A stretch of DNA of 64,000 bases from Trueperaceae bacterium (lineage in GTDB: Bacteria > Deinococcota > Deinococci > Deinococcales > Trueperaceae). Each line of letters begins with the position of its first letter. The stretch's first letter is position 1. Positions 1 through 9,914 of the stretch are shown here, piece by piece. The notes under the pieces are model-generated. The model saw nothing but the letters and a program-made list of their open reading frames with translations. It was not told the origin of the DNA and ran no database searches. The DNA lies in NCBI GenBank assembly GCA_965214405.1, contig OZ243956.1, positions 608,001 to 672,000 on the forward strand. Direction: 5' to 3'. Made by a program: the position numbers and the translations under genes.

Positions 1-572
1 TCGGCGACCCGGAGGCCGAGATTTTGCTCTTGGGTTTGGCCCCCGGCGCGCACGGGAGCAACCGCACCGGGCGCATGTTTACGGGCGACGGCTCGGGCGA
101 CTTTTTGTTTCCCGCGCTCTACCGGGCGGGACTGGCGAATCAGCCCGAGTCGGTGGGGCGGGGGGACGGGCTCGAGCTCCACAATCTTTGGATTACCGCC
201 GCCGCGCGCTGCGTGCCGCCCGGCAACCGCCCCACCCGCGCAGAAGTTGCCAACTGTCGGGGGTGGTTGGGGCACGACTTCGGCGGTCTCCCCCATCTCA
301 AACTCGTTCTGGCCCTTGGCGCGATTGCCCACGACAGCTATCTGGAACTTCTCAAGGCGCAGGGGCACACCGTCATCAAAAACCGCTACCCCTTCGCCCA
401 CGGCGCGCTGCACACTATTGACACCTCCGACACATCATCCGACACATTAAAAGACGCGCTGCCGCTGCTTGATTCCTACCACGTGAGTTTTCAGAATACG
501 AACACGGGCAAACTGACGCCGGAGATGTTTGACCGGGTGCTGGAAAAGGCAAAATCTCTGGTCGGGTTCTGA
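1..572 (+). CDS. Uracil-DNA glycosylase family 5 (UdgB-like), 5' truncated by window
   Basis: GLAPGAHGSNRTGRMFTGD motif, RCVPPGNRP, SYHVSFQNTNTG; frame is open from the window start. Confidence 0.9.
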   Translation, partial: GDPEAEILLLGLAPGAHGSNRTGRMFTGDGSGDFLFPALYRAGLANQPESVGRGDGLELHNLWITAAARCVPPGNRPTRAEVANCRGWLGHDFGGLPHLKLVLALGAIAHDSYLELLKAQGHTVIKNRYPFAHGALHTIDTSDTSSDTLKDALPLLDSYHVSFQNTNTGKLTPEMFDRVLEKAKSLVGF

Positions 573-637
573 AGCCACATAGCTCCTCATTTCCAAAGTG
601 CCATACGTGATACCTGGTAAAGGTTAGGCTGGAGGCT

Positions 638-1768
638 GTGACGCTCGCTACGCTGACCCTTGACCCCAAGCTCGAGCCCGCCCTCTCCTCCAACCATCCC
701 TGGCTCTACCGTAACCACTTGCCCAAACACCGGCTCCAAAACGGCGATTGGGTACGCGTGCGCGCGGGCAAAGCCGAGGCGGTGGGGCTTTACGACGAGG
801 AGAGCGCGATTGCCATCAGGCTCTTTGGCCCGGAAATGCCGCTTGTCGGGGCTCGAGTGGACGAGGCGCTGGCGCTGCGCCACGGCCTTTTTGAGGGGCG
901 TGACACCACCGCCTACCGGCTCATCTACGGCGAGGGCGACTATTTACCCGGCGTGACGGTGGACCGCTACGAGCGCTACGCGGTGCTGCAAACGTACGCG
1001 AGCAGCGTTGAGGTTATCGTGCCGGACGTGGTCAAGGCGCTCGCCAAACTCAAGCTGCGCGGCGTCGTGACGCGGGGGGCGGGGGGGCTCGAGCCCCTTT
1101 GGGGCGAACGCCCGCCCCCTGAACTCACCGTGAGAGAAAACGGCCTCAAGCTCCTAGCCAACCTCTACGAGGGCCAAAAGACCGGCCTCTTTTTGGACCA
1201 CCGCGACAACCGCGAGACGCTGGGCGAGTTTTGTGAGGGTAAAACGGTGCTCAACCTCTTTTCCTATACCGGCGCGTTTTCGCTCTACGCGGCTCGAGGC
1301 GGCGCGGCGCACGTCACGAGCGTGGACAGCGCGCCCGCCGCGACGGCGGACGCGAAACGTAACTTCGAGATGAACGGCTTTGACCCCGCCGCGCACGCGT
1401 TCCTGACAGAAGACTGTTTTGCGCTTCTGGAAACCTACACCCAAAGAGGCGAAACGTTCGACGTGGTCGTTCTCGACCCGCCCTCGCTCGCGCGGAGCAA
1501 GACGAAACGCTTCGCGGCGCTGCGCGCCTACCGCAAGCTCAACGCGCTCGCCGCCCGCTGCGTGCGCCCCGGCGGGCTTTTGGCTACCGCGAGTTGCACC
1601 TCGCAGGTGTCCCCCGCCGACTTCGTGAACGTCCTTGGCGAGGCGGCGAACGGGGCCGACAGGCGTTTGCAAATCATCCGCGAGGCAGGCCACGCCGCCG
1701 ACCATCCTGTCCCCGCGACTTTTCCCGAGGGGCGTTACCTCAAGTTTGTGATGGCGCGTGTTCTGTAA
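638..1768 (+). CDS. Class I SAM-dependent rRNA methyltransferase (RlmI/YccW-like)
   Basis: HPWLY PUA-like N-terminus, GQKTGLFLDHRDNR, LNLFSYTGAFS, DPP motif. Confidence 0.88.
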   Translation: MTLATLTLDPKLEPALSSNHPWLYRNHLPKHRLQNGDWVRVRAGKAEAVGLYDEESAIAIRLFGPEMPLVGARVDEALALRHGLFEGRDTTAYRLIYGEGDYLPGVTVDRYERYAVLQTYASSVEVIVPDVVKALAKLKLRGVVTRGAGGLEPLWGERPPPELTVRENGLKLLANLYEGQKTGLFLDHRDNRETLGEFCEGKTVLNLFSYTGAFSLYAARGGAAHVTSVDSAPAATADAKRNFEMNGFDPAAHAFLTEDCFALLETYTQRGETFDVVVLDPPSLARSKTKRFAALRAYRKLNALAARCVRPGGLLATASCTSQVSPADFVNVLGEAANGADRRLQIIREAGHAADHPVPATFPEGRYLKFVMARVL

Positions 1769-1958
1769 AGTTCGGTAGCATTAGGTAGGCGGTGGGGATG
1801 TATCGGCTCGAGCCCACACCCTCCCGTTTGAGCGGTTGATTTATGCTGATGTCTCGAGACGTAGCTTAGAAGACGGCGTCCGCGCCCACTCTGCTCAGCC
1901 CTCGAGTCAACATCTGAAAAACCGCTCTGGTAGCTGTAACTTAGCCGTCAATGCCACA

Positions 1959-1995
1959 AAACAAGAACCCCAGGATGGACCAGGGGTTCTTGTTT
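1959..1995 (-). terminator. Intrinsic terminator downstream of the tRNA pair
   Basis: Inverted repeat AAACAAGAACCCC / GGGGTTCTTGTTT just after tRNA-Val. Confidence 0.7.
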
Positions 1996-2017
1996 ACCGC
2001 CAGAAACAGGCTTTTTC

Positions 2018-2092
2018 TGGTAGGCGCGGGCAGGATTGAACTGCCGACCTCCACAGTGTCAATGTGGCGCTCTCCCACTGAGCTACGCGCCT
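2018..2092 (-). tRNA. tRNA-Val (GAC)
   Basis: Reverse complement AGGCGCGTAGCTCAGTGGGAGAGCGCCACATTGACACTGTGG...GTTCAATCCTGCCCGCGCCTACCA; cloverleaf with encoded CCA. Confidence 0.96.
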
Positions 2093-2153
2093 GCGTGGAA
2101 CATTTTACAGCCTTACTTCACTTACAGTACCCGGTGCGTAGCCTGATAAGCTT

Positions 2154-2228
2154 TGGAGGCGCCGACCGGAATCGAACCGGTGAATGGAGGTTTTGCAGAC
2201 CTCTGCCTTACCGCTTGGCTACGGCGCC
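2154..2228 (-). tRNA. tRNA-Cys (GCA)
   Basis: Reverse complement GGCGCCGTAGCCAAGCGGTAAGGCAGAGGTCTGCAAAACCTCC...GGTTCGATTCCGGTCGGCGCCTCCA. Confidence 0.96.
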
Positions 2229-2248
2229 GCACCCGGCCCGGAAGAAAA

Positions 2249-2277
2249 ATGGTATCACGCGGCCTGGGCGCTGTCAA
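2249..2277 (-). promoter_or_regulatory. Sigma70-type promoter of the tRNA-Cys/Val operon
   Basis: TTGACA-17 bp-TACCAT on the minus strand just upstream of tRNA-Cys. Confidence 0.75.
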
Positions 2278-2337
2278 CGCGGATTGAAATGTACTCTAGG
2301 GCGGTTGCAAAGTCATTAAAGGCGCTAAAGGAGGTAG

Positions 2338-2690
2338 TCATCCCAAGCAGCACGTTCGCGCTTGACTACCGCGCTTCATTACATGAGCCGTAAGCCCATA
2401 TTTCATCATTGGCATCACCGCTGCCAATACTGCTATACAGGCATCTGGCAGTGTAGGCCTTTTGCCTCTAGCTTCTCTCAAATCTTTAGCTCTACAAAAT
2501 ATCCGGTGGTTCCGCTTGCCTCTATGTGTTCCATTCCCAACACGGGCAAACCGGACTTCGCCGTCACCCTGTCGAGCGTCCGCCCAACACCTCCCAAACG
2601 TCTTTCCACCCTTATATAGCAGGTATCTGGCTTGGCACAAATTCAGTTGGTGAACCACTGGCCGGGACATGGTGACGGTAATAAGTTCTG
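2338..2690 (-). pseudogene. Possible degraded PIN/VapC-like gene remnant
   Basis: Lower-GC patch; fragments HQLNLCQARYLL and LREARGKRPTLPDACIAVLA resemble PIN-domain motifs; middle portion appears frameshifted. Confidence 0.3.
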
Positions 2691-2734
2691 CGCTGATAGA
2701 CTCAGTGTCAATCAAAGCCGCTATACTAAGGGTT

Positions 2735-4354
2735 GTGTTAAAGGCGCTCGAGCTTCAAAATTTTGCCATTGTCGACGAACTCCGCGTCGAACTCTCGCCC
2801 GGCTTGAACGTGCTCACGGGCGAGACGGGCGCGGGCAAAAGCATCCTCATCGACGCGCTGGCGCTGCTTATCGGCGGTCGGGGCGACGCCTCGTTCGTGC
2901 GGACGGGGGCCGAGGGCGCGCTTATCCAGGGTTTGTTCGACCCGCGCGTGGGCGTGGGCTCGGCGGCGCGGCGACTGCAAAAGAGCGGGCGGAGTTCGGC
3001 GCGGCTCGACGGCGAGGTGGTGACGATCGGCGAACTCTCGCAACTCGGCGCGCGCGCCGTCGCCATCCACGGTCAGCACGCCTCGCAAACGCTCCTCAAC
3101 GCGGCGGAGCAGCGCAAGCTGTTAGACGGGCTGTTGACGCCCAGAGCGCAAGGCGCGCTGCAAAGGTACGGCGCGCGCTACCGCGAGTACGGCGAGGTCG
3201 CGCGGGAGTTGGAAGCGTTGCGCAGCGCGGGCCGCGAACGCGCGCGCCGGGTCGATATGCTGGGCTTTCAGCTCGCAGAAATCGACGCCGCCAAACTTAA
3301 ACCCGGCGAGGAGGCCACGCTTAAAGAAGACTTAGAGAGCCTCCGCCACGCCGAACGCATCACTCAGGGGGCGGGACGCGCGCTAAACAGCCTCGCGGAG
3401 GGCGAGCCCAACGCCGCGGAACTCGTCGCCGCCGCGGCGCGCGACCTAGAAAACGCGGGCCGCTTTCACAAAACCTTGGAAGCCCTCGCCGCCGAACTGG
3501 GCGACGCGCTCGCCAGCCTCCAGGCCATCGGTGAGGAGGTAAGTTCGTTTCTTGGCGACTTCGACGTGGAGCCGGGGGCGCTCGAGCGGCTCGAGGCGCG
3601 CGCCGCCAAACTAGAAGGCCTCAAGCTTAAATACGGCGACTCGGTCGAAGCGGTGCTCGCCTACCGCGAGGAGATAAGCGCGGAACTCGACAGGCTCGCC
3701 AACGCCGAGTCAAATATCGGCGCGTTGGAAGAGCGGCGGGCGGCGCTCGAGGGGGAACTGGCCGAGCTGGCGGACGCCCTGAGCAAAGCCAGAGCCGCCG
3801 CCGCCGCGAAACTTTCCAAAGACGTGACCGCGCAGCTTCGGCCTCTCGGGATGCCCGACGCGGCCTTTACGGTGGGCCTCGAGCCCCTCGCCGACTACAC
3901 CCCGCACGGGCGCGACCGCGTCACCTTTCTCTTTAGCGCCAACCTGGGCGAGCCGCCCGCACCGCTCTCGGCGGTGGCCTCGGGCGGAGAACTCTCGAGG
4001 GTGATGCTGGGTCTCAACGTGGTGACGGGCTCGTCCGAGCCGACGCTGGCCTTTGACGAGGTGGACGCTGGCTTAGGCGGGCAGACCGCGCGGGCGGTGG
4101 GGGCGCTTCTCAAACGTTTGGCGCGCGAGCATCAGGTCTTGGTGGTCACGCACCTGCCGCAAGTCGCCGCCTTTGCCGACGCGCAGTTTTATGTGGAAAA
4201 GCTCGAGAAAGAGGGCCGCACCGTCACGCGGGTCACGCGCCTAAAGCCCAAAGAGCGCGAGGCCGAACTCGCGCGGATGCTTTCGGGGGCGGTTACGGAC
4301 ACCGCCCTGGCGCACGCGAGGGAGTTGTTGCAAGAGAGCCAGGTCGCCGCTTAA
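2735..4354 (+). CDS. recN: DNA repair protein RecN
   Basis: LTGETGAGKS Walker A, IHGQH Q-loop, ASGGELSR signature, FDEVD, VTHLPQVAA; GTG start at 2735 behind TATACT. Confidence 0.95.
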   Translation: MLKALELQNFAIVDELRVELSPGLNVLTGETGAGKSILIDALALLIGGRGDASFVRTGAEGALIQGLFDPRVGVGSAARRLQKSGRSSARLDGEVVTIGELSQLGARAVAIHGQHASQTLLNAAEQRKLLDGLLTPRAQGALQRYGARYREYGEVARELEALRSAGRERARRVDMLGFQLAEIDAAKLKPGEEATLKEDLESLRHAERITQGAGRALNSLAEGEPNAAELVAAAARDLENAGRFHKTLEALAAELGDALASLQAIGEEVSSFLGDFDVEPGALERLEARAAKLEGLKLKYGDSVEAVLAYREEISAELDRLANAESNIGALEERRAALEGELAELADALSKARAAAAAKLSKDVTAQLRPLGMPDAAFTVGLEPLADYTPHGRDRVTFLFSANLGEPPAPLSAVASGGELSRVMLGLNVVTGSSEPTLAFDEVDAGLGGQTARAVGALLKRLAREHQVLVVTHLPQVAAFADAQFYVEKLEKEGRTVTRVTRLKPKEREAELARMLSGAVTDTALAHARELLQESQVAA

Positions 4355-5598
4355 AGGTTTGCCAGGGCCTCCAAAAGCTCATCCACTTCTTCCGGGGTGT
4401 TGTAATGGAGCGCGCTCACCCGCACCGCGCCACCGCGGTCTTTGAGACCCAGATGCTCCATCATTAAGTCGTACGCGTAATAGTGCCCGCTCGCCACGGC
4501 GATGTTTTGCTCAGCGAGTTTTTCGGCCACCTCTTGCGGCGCGTAACCTTTTACGTTGAGAGAAACCGTCGCGGTTCGTCCCTCTGCGGTTTGCAAACCG
4601 TAAACCTCAACGGGGAGGTCGGTAAGTCCGGTCAAAAGCCGCTGGGTGAGCGCGTGCTCGAGCCTCCTAAAAGCCATAAACACCGCCTCCCACCGCTCGC
4701 GCTCCGAGCCCTCCACCCCCAACTCACGCGCTAACGCGTCGAGGTAATCGAAGGTGCCGCCAAAACCCAGAATGGCCTCGTGGTTCTGGGTGCCCGGCTC
4801 CCAATTGATGGGGTGGGCGGGGGGGAAAAAGGACAAGCCGTGATGCGGCAGCGCGTCCAACATCGCGTCGCTTAAGTAGAGCACGCCTAAATGCGGGCCG
4901 AACACCTTGTAGGGCGAGAACACGAGCATGTCCGCGCCCAGAGCCGCCACGTCCGGCAGGCGGTGGGGCGCGTAGTGAACCGCGTCCACCATAACAAGCG
5001 CGCCCGCGTCGTGAACGAGTTTAGACGCGCCCGCAACGTCTGTAAAGGTGCCCAGCGCGTTGCTTGCGCTCGTCATGGCGACGAGTTTGGTTTTGCTTGA
5101 CAGGAGGGGTTTGAGGTCTGACAGCTCGAGCCGCGCCTCCTCCCCCGTCGGCTCCCAGGTCTTGATTATCAGCCCTCGAGCTTCCAACCTGCGCCAGGGG
5201 TCCACGTTGGCGTGATGGTCTAAGCCGGTCACGATGATTTCATCTCCCGGCGAGAGCGTACGCCCTACCCCGTCCGCTAAGAGCGTCACCAGCGTCGTCG
5301 CGTTGGGGCCAAAGATGACGTTTTCGGGCCGCGCCGCGTTCAAGAACGCCGTCACCCGCGCCCGCACCTTCTCTTTGGCCTCGGTGACGCGCTGCGACTC
5401 TTTGTAAGCGCCGCCCTTGTTGACGTTCATCGTGGTGAGCGCGTCGGTGATGCTTGCCACCACGCTGCGCGGCACCTGCGCGCCCGCGGCGTTGTCGAAA
5501 AATAGCGTGCGGCTTTCCAGGGCCGGATATTGCGCGCGAATCCAACCTGTGGGAAACGTCGCGGGTTCACTCACGGGGTTCGTAGTGGGAAAGTTCAT
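4351..5598 (-). CDS. Cysteine desulfurase-like protein, aminotransferase class V
   Basis: FFDNAAGAQVP, DHHAN, VDAVH, FSPYKVFGPH PLP lysine. Confidence 0.88.
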   Translation of the reverse strand: MNFPTTNPVSEPATFPTGWIRAQYPALESRTLFFDNAAGAQVPRSVVASITDALTTMNVNKGGAYKESQRVTEAKEKVRARVTAFLNAARPENVIFGPNATTLVTLLADGVGRTLSPGDEIIVTGLDHHANVDPWRRLEARGLIIKTWEPTGEEARLELSDLKPLLSSKTKLVAMTSASNALGTFTDVAGASKLVHDAGALVMVDAVHYAPHRLPDVAALGADMLVFSPYKVFGPHLGVLYLSDAMLDALPHHGLSFFPPAHPINWEPGTQNHEAILGFGGTFDYLDALARELGVEGSERERWEAVFMAFRRLEHALTQRLLTGLTDLPVEVYGLQTAEGRTATVSLNVKGYAPQEVAEKLAEQNIAVASGHYYAYDLMMEHLGLKDRGGAVRVSALHYNTPEEVDELLEALANL

Positions 5599-5668
5599 AG
5601 CCCAGTCTACCGAACAATCGCAAGATGACACCACGTTGCTGGGTAACGGAAACGTTTAGACTCTCCTT

Positions 5669-5917
5669 GTGGAGGTTGAGGTGGGGTACAAAGATTACGA
5701 CGCCGAGGGCGTAGAGGGCGAAGAAACTTGCCCCGAGTGCGGAAGCTTGGACACGGTCACGTATCACTTTTGGGAGGGGTTTACCGAGCTCGAGTGCCGC
5801 GCCTGCGGCTATTCAACTGAGCGCGAGGACATCGCCGAGCTGACCCGCTACCGGGGCGATCTGCGCGAGCGCGAGCGCGATCTGCCGCCCGTCCCGGTAC
5901 GCAAGATAGAGGCGTAG
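5669..5917 (+). CDS. Small zinc-ribbon hypothetical protein
   Basis: CPECG and CRACG pairs; TAGACT 6 nt before GTG. Confidence 0.65.
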   Translation: MEVEVGYKDYDAEGVEGEETCPECGSLDTVTYHFWEGFTELECRACGYSTEREDIAELTRYRGDLRERERDLPPVPVRKIEA

Positions 5918-6050
5918 TGCGTCCTCGCGGGCAACGTAACCGAAGTCTACAGTAGCGATAAATCTTTAGTAACGACAGGTCTTTCGAGCTTTGTAAATTC
6001 TTGAACGCAGAGCGCCGCACGTGATTGCATGTGGCGTGAGAGGAGAAGGG

Positions 6051-6434
6051 ATGGACGTAAGAATAGTTCTCAGTTCAGACGAAATCATCAAGGGTCTCAA
6101 ACACTACCGGCGCATCGCCAAACAAGACGTGCTGCGCGCCGCGGAAACCGCCAACCCCGAGACGTTTAGGGAGCACGCCGAGGCGCGCCGCACCGTCTAC
6201 GCGCACCTAACCGAGATCGCCGAGCGCGACACGCCGAGCGACGTGGTGCAAGAGGCGCTCCGGTGCTACCGCGACCTGCCCTTTGTTACGGGCACCGCCG
6301 AAGACGAGCACGTCAACATCAAGGGGCGCGAGAATGCCCTCGAGAACTTTTTCCTGATGATCGGCCTAGAGGCCAAGGTGCGCCGCGAAGTCAGGAGCCA
6401 GCGCCCGCCCCTTGCAAAGCTTCAGGGGTCCTAA
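6051..6434 (+). CDS. Hypothetical protein
   Basis: AGGAG RBS before ATG 6051; host-like codon usage. Confidence 0.7.
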   Translation: MDVRIVLSSDEIIKGLKHYRRIAKQDVLRAAETANPETFREHAEARRTVYAHLTEIAERDTPSDVVQEALRCYRDLPFVTGTAEDEHVNIKGRENALENFFLMIGLEAKVRREVRSQRPPLAKLQGS

Positions 6435-6725
6435 AGGTTACTAAAAGGCTCAAGCGCGGCGGATCATGCGCGTTTCCGTTGTGACGAGCTACGGAAAAGA
6501 GCGGCATTTTATGGACATGGCCTCGGTGGTTATGTTCAACCTCGCTATACTCTGATGTGACCATGCTCTGACGTATGTTGGTGCTCGGAAGGTGTGCGCC
6601 TAACTATTCTTTTGCACGCGTTAATGACACCCTTTGAAAGTCAGGGTAGCGTCACGTCCGGCCTGAAATGAGGCTGGTCATGACTCATGAAAACGCGAAA
6701 AAGGTCATCTGAAAGGAAGTAACGT

Positions 6726-7343
6726 GTGGATTTAGCGCAACTCGAGGCGGAAGCCAAAGCCTCCAAACCGCCCGCGTTAGAAGGCTTGAGCGACAACTTG
6801 GTCTTTGGCGAGGGCGACCCCGACGCCAACCTCGTCATCATCGGCGAAGCGCCCGGTGAGGACGAGGACCTTCAGGGCCGCCCCTTTGTGGGCCGCTCAG
6901 GGCAACTGCTCGACCGAATTCTGGAGAGCGTCGGCCTCCACCGGGATGACATCTACATCACCAACATCGTCAAGTACCGCCCGCCGGGCAACCGCAACCC
7001 CAAACCCGACGAGATAGCCGCGAGCGAGCCCCTATTAACCGAGCAAATCAAACTTATCCGGCCCCAAATTATCGCCACGTTGGGCAACGTGCCGACGCAG
7101 TATTTTGCGGGCACGAAAGAAGGCATTACCAAAACGCGGGGCAACTGGTTCGAGTGGAACGGGATTCGCGTGATGCCCCTTTTCCACCCCGCTTACTTGC
7201 TGCGCAACCCCTCGCGCGAGCGCAACTCCCCAAAGTGGCTCATGTGGGAGGACATGAAAAAGCTCAAGGAAACGCTCGATGAGCTCGGCCCCAAACCCGC
7301 CAACGTGGTGATCGACAATGCAAAGCAGGAGGGGCTGTTTTAG
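6726..7343 (+). CDS. Uracil-DNA glycosylase family 4 (UdgA-like)
   Basis: IGEAPGEDED, GRPFVGRSG, NIVKYRPPGNR, FHPAYLLR. Confidence 0.92.
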   Translation: MDLAQLEAEAKASKPPALEGLSDNLVFGEGDPDANLVIIGEAPGEDEDLQGRPFVGRSGQLLDRILESVGLHRDDIYITNIVKYRPPGNRNPKPDEIAASEPLLTEQIKLIRPQIIATLGNVPTQYFAGTKEGITKTRGNWFEWNGIRVMPLFHPAYLLRNPSRERNSPKWLMWEDMKKLKETLDELGPKPANVVIDNAKQEGLF

Positions 7344-7475
7344 CGGGAGGCGGGAGGTTTTTATTACCGTTCTCGCATCGCTGTGTAGGAGAAGGACCGA
7401 GTACCTAGCACCGAGTTGAAAGTAGTCTCGGTACTCACGACTCGGTACTCGGCCCTCATTTGGTAGGCTGGGCGC

Positions 7476-7760
7476 ATGGCAAATCCGCATTTTATCGGCC
7501 TCGTTCAGTCGCTTCTTTCTACCGCGCAGGCGGCCCTGGGGGAGGCGGACAGTCCGCTGGTGTCCCGGATGGCTCGAGACGGCGTTTTAGCAAGGCGTAG
7601 CGCGCAAAAAAGCCTGGAGCTGCTCGAGATGCTCCAGCAAAAAACGGCGGGTAACTTAGACGAGACCGAGCGCGACGTGATCAACCGGGCGCTCCAGACG
7701 GTGCGGGGGGGGCTTGCGCGCTTCGCGGAGCCCGACGGGGAAAGCTCGAGGAGCAACTAG
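7476..7760 (+). CDS. DUF1844-like protein
   Basis: F..LVQSL...A..ALG and LEMLQQKTAGNLDETE pattern. Confidence 0.7.
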   Translation: MANPHFIGLVQSLLSTAQAALGEADSPLVSRMARDGVLARRSAQKSLELLEMLQQKTAGNLDETERDVINRALQTVRGGLARFAEPDGESSRSN

Positions 7761-7762
7761 GG

Positions 7763-8209
7763 GTGCGGGCGCTCCTTCAGCGTGTGGCCTGGGCCAAGGT
7801 CGAGGTAGGCGGCGAGAGGGTCGGCGAAACGGGACCCGGCCTCCTCGTCCTGCTCGGTGTCACGCATGGCGACGGGCCGGACGAGGTCGCGTTTTTGGCG
7901 CGCAAGGTGAGCAAGCTGCGCGTGTTTAACGACGCCGAGGGCAAGATGAATCGGAGCGTGGTGGACGTGGGCGGGGGCGCGTTGGTCGTGAGCCAGTTTA
8001 CGCTCTACGCAGACGCGCGGCGCGGCAACCGTCCGAGTTATGGGGACGCGGCAGCGCCGGAGCAAGCCGAAACGCTCTACGAAAGCTTTATTGAGAGGTT
8101 GAAAGCGTCCGGTCTCCCCGTCGCCTCGGGTCGCTTTGGCGCGGACATGAAGATGAGCTTGCTTAACGACGGGCCGGTGACAATTTTGTTGGACACTGTT
8201 CAGCAGTAA
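7763..8209 (+). CDS. dtd: D-aminoacyl-tRNA deacylase
   Basis: MRALLQRV, VSQFTL, GNRPS, NDGPVT motifs. Confidence 0.95.
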   Translation: MRALLQRVAWAKVEVGGERVGETGPGLLVLLGVTHGDGPDEVAFLARKVSKLRVFNDAEGKMNRSVVDVGGGALVVSQFTLYADARRGNRPSYGDAAAPEQAETLYESFIERLKASGLPVASGRFGADMKMSLLNDGPVTILLDTVQQ

Positions 8210-8440
8210 ACTCAATCCGTTTAGGCTCGAGTCACGTCCTTCTTCATCCCAACCAGTTCGCCCTGTCTATTCACTCTGTTACCTCCGCCCCGCCATTTCT
8301 ACCCATTTCTACTACGTCAAAGAAACGACGGAGCCCTCCGGCGTAGTTTGAAAAGATGGTTGAAGCGGTTTTTTGTCGGTTGAGACAGCACATGAGAAGA
8401 AGTTTTGAGAAGCAACCTTTAAGAGGTTTGAAAGGAACGT

Positions 8441-9835
8441 ATGGCTGACGAACGCAACAATCACTACGACGCCGTCGTTATCGGCGCGGGCCAGGCCGGG
8501 GGGCCGCTCGCGGGGGCGCTCGCGGAAGCGGGAAAAAGGGTGGCGCTTATTGAACGCGCGCAGGTGGGGGGCACCTGCGTCAACCGGGGCTGCACGCCCA
8601 CCAAGACGATGGTCGCCAGCGCCAAAGTCGCGCACATGGCGCGGCGGGCAGCGGACTACGGCGTTCAGACCGGCCCCGTGTCGGTGGACATGGAAAGAGT
8701 GCGCGAGCGCAAGCGCGAGATTGTCGAGGAATTTCGCCAGGGAAGCTTAAAAAGCGTTCAGAGAAAAGAAGGGCTCGACTTTATCCGCGGTGAGGCGCGC
8801 TTTACGGGTGAGAGAGCGCTCGAGCTTTCTCTCGAGGACGGGGGCTCTAAAACCGTCACCGCCGAGCAGATTTTTATCAACACGGGTCAGAGCCCCTTTA
8901 TCCCGCCTATGGACGGTCTGGACGGCGTGGACTACCTCACCTCGACCACCGTGATGGAACTCGGCAAGGTGCCCGAACACCTGCTCATTTTGGGCGGCGG
9001 CTATATCGGCATCGAGTTTAGCCAGATGTTCCGGCGCTTTGGCAGCGACGTGACCATCATCCAGCGCGGCAAGCAGCTCTTGGAGCGCGAAGACAAGGAC
9101 GTGGCCGACGCGGTGGCGGACATTTTGCGTGAGGACGGGATCACGGTGCTGCTTAACGCGGACGGCAAGCGCGTGACGGGTGAGGGCGGCGTCACCCTCA
9201 CGGTAGAAGGGCCGGAGGGCGAGAAGACGCTGCGCGGTTCGCACCTATTGGTGGCGGTGGGGCGCAAGACCAACACCGAGAGTTTGGGGCTGGAGAAAGC
9301 GGGCGTCAAAACGGACAAGCGCGGCAACATCGTCGTAGACGAGCACCTCAAAACCAGCGCCGAGGGGATTTACGCGCTGGGCGACGTGAAGGGCGGCCCG
9401 GCATTCACCCACATTTCTTATGACGACTACCGCATCGTCAAGGCGAACGTGCTGAACGGGGAGAACAAGTCCACCAAAGACCGGCTGGTCCCCTACACCG
9501 TGTTTATGGACCCGCAACTGGGCCGCGTCGGGCTTTCAGAAAGCGAGGCGCGCGAGGCGGGTCATAACGTCAAGGTCGCCAAGCTCCAGGCGAGCAGCGC
9601 GGCGAGGGCCATCGAGACGGGCGAGACGCGGGGCTTTATGAAGGCGGTGGTCGACGCCGATACGGGCCAGATTTTGGGCTGCGCGATCCTGACGATGGAG
9701 GGCGGTGAGATTACGGCGGTCTTGCAGGTGGCGATGATGGGCGGGGTGCCTTACACCGCCATCCGCGACGGCGTCTTTTCGCACCCGACGCTGGCCGAGT
9801 CGTTAAATAATTTGTTCTCGAGCTTGACCGGCTAA
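8441..9835 (+). CDS. Pyridine nucleotide-disulfide oxidoreductase (RclA/MerA-like family)
   Basis: GAGQAG FAD motif, GGTCVNRGCTPTK redox disulfide, GGGYIG, C-terminal HPT. Confidence 0.88.
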   Translation: MADERNNHYDAVVIGAGQAGGPLAGALAEAGKRVALIERAQVGGTCVNRGCTPTKTMVASAKVAHMARRAADYGVQTGPVSVDMERVRERKREIVEEFRQGSLKSVQRKEGLDFIRGEARFTGERALELSLEDGGSKTVTAEQIFINTGQSPFIPPMDGLDGVDYLTSTTVMELGKVPEHLLILGGGYIGIEFSQMFRRFGSDVTIIQRGKQLLEREDKDVADAVADILREDGITVLLNADGKRVTGEGGVTLTVEGPEGEKTLRGSHLLVAVGRKTNTESLGLEKAGVKTDKRGNIVVDEHLKTSAEGIYALGDVKGGPAFTHISYDDYRIVKANVLNGENKSTKDRLVPYTVFMDPQLGRVGLSESEAREAGHNVKVAKLQASSAARAIETGETRGFMKAVVDADTGQILGCAILTMEGGEITAVLQVAMMGGVPYTAIRDGVFSHPTLAESLNNLFSSLTG

Positions 9836-9914
9836 CCCCAAGGAGCGTGGGGCAAAAGCCAAGGGGTGAGGAGACTGGGTTTCCTCACCCGCGTTACCTT
9901 GCATCCTTCAGACC

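Noticed and set aside
1951..2393. ORFs spanning the tRNA genes
   Set aside because: Antisense translations of tRNA-Val and tRNA-Cys.
2640..2734. Radiation-desiccation response motif upstream of recN or the UDG genes
   Set aside because: No convincing 17-bp palindrome visible by eye.
8441..9835. True mercuric reductase MerA
   Set aside because: No N-terminal metal-binding domain, no C-terminal Cys-Cys and no mer genes nearby.
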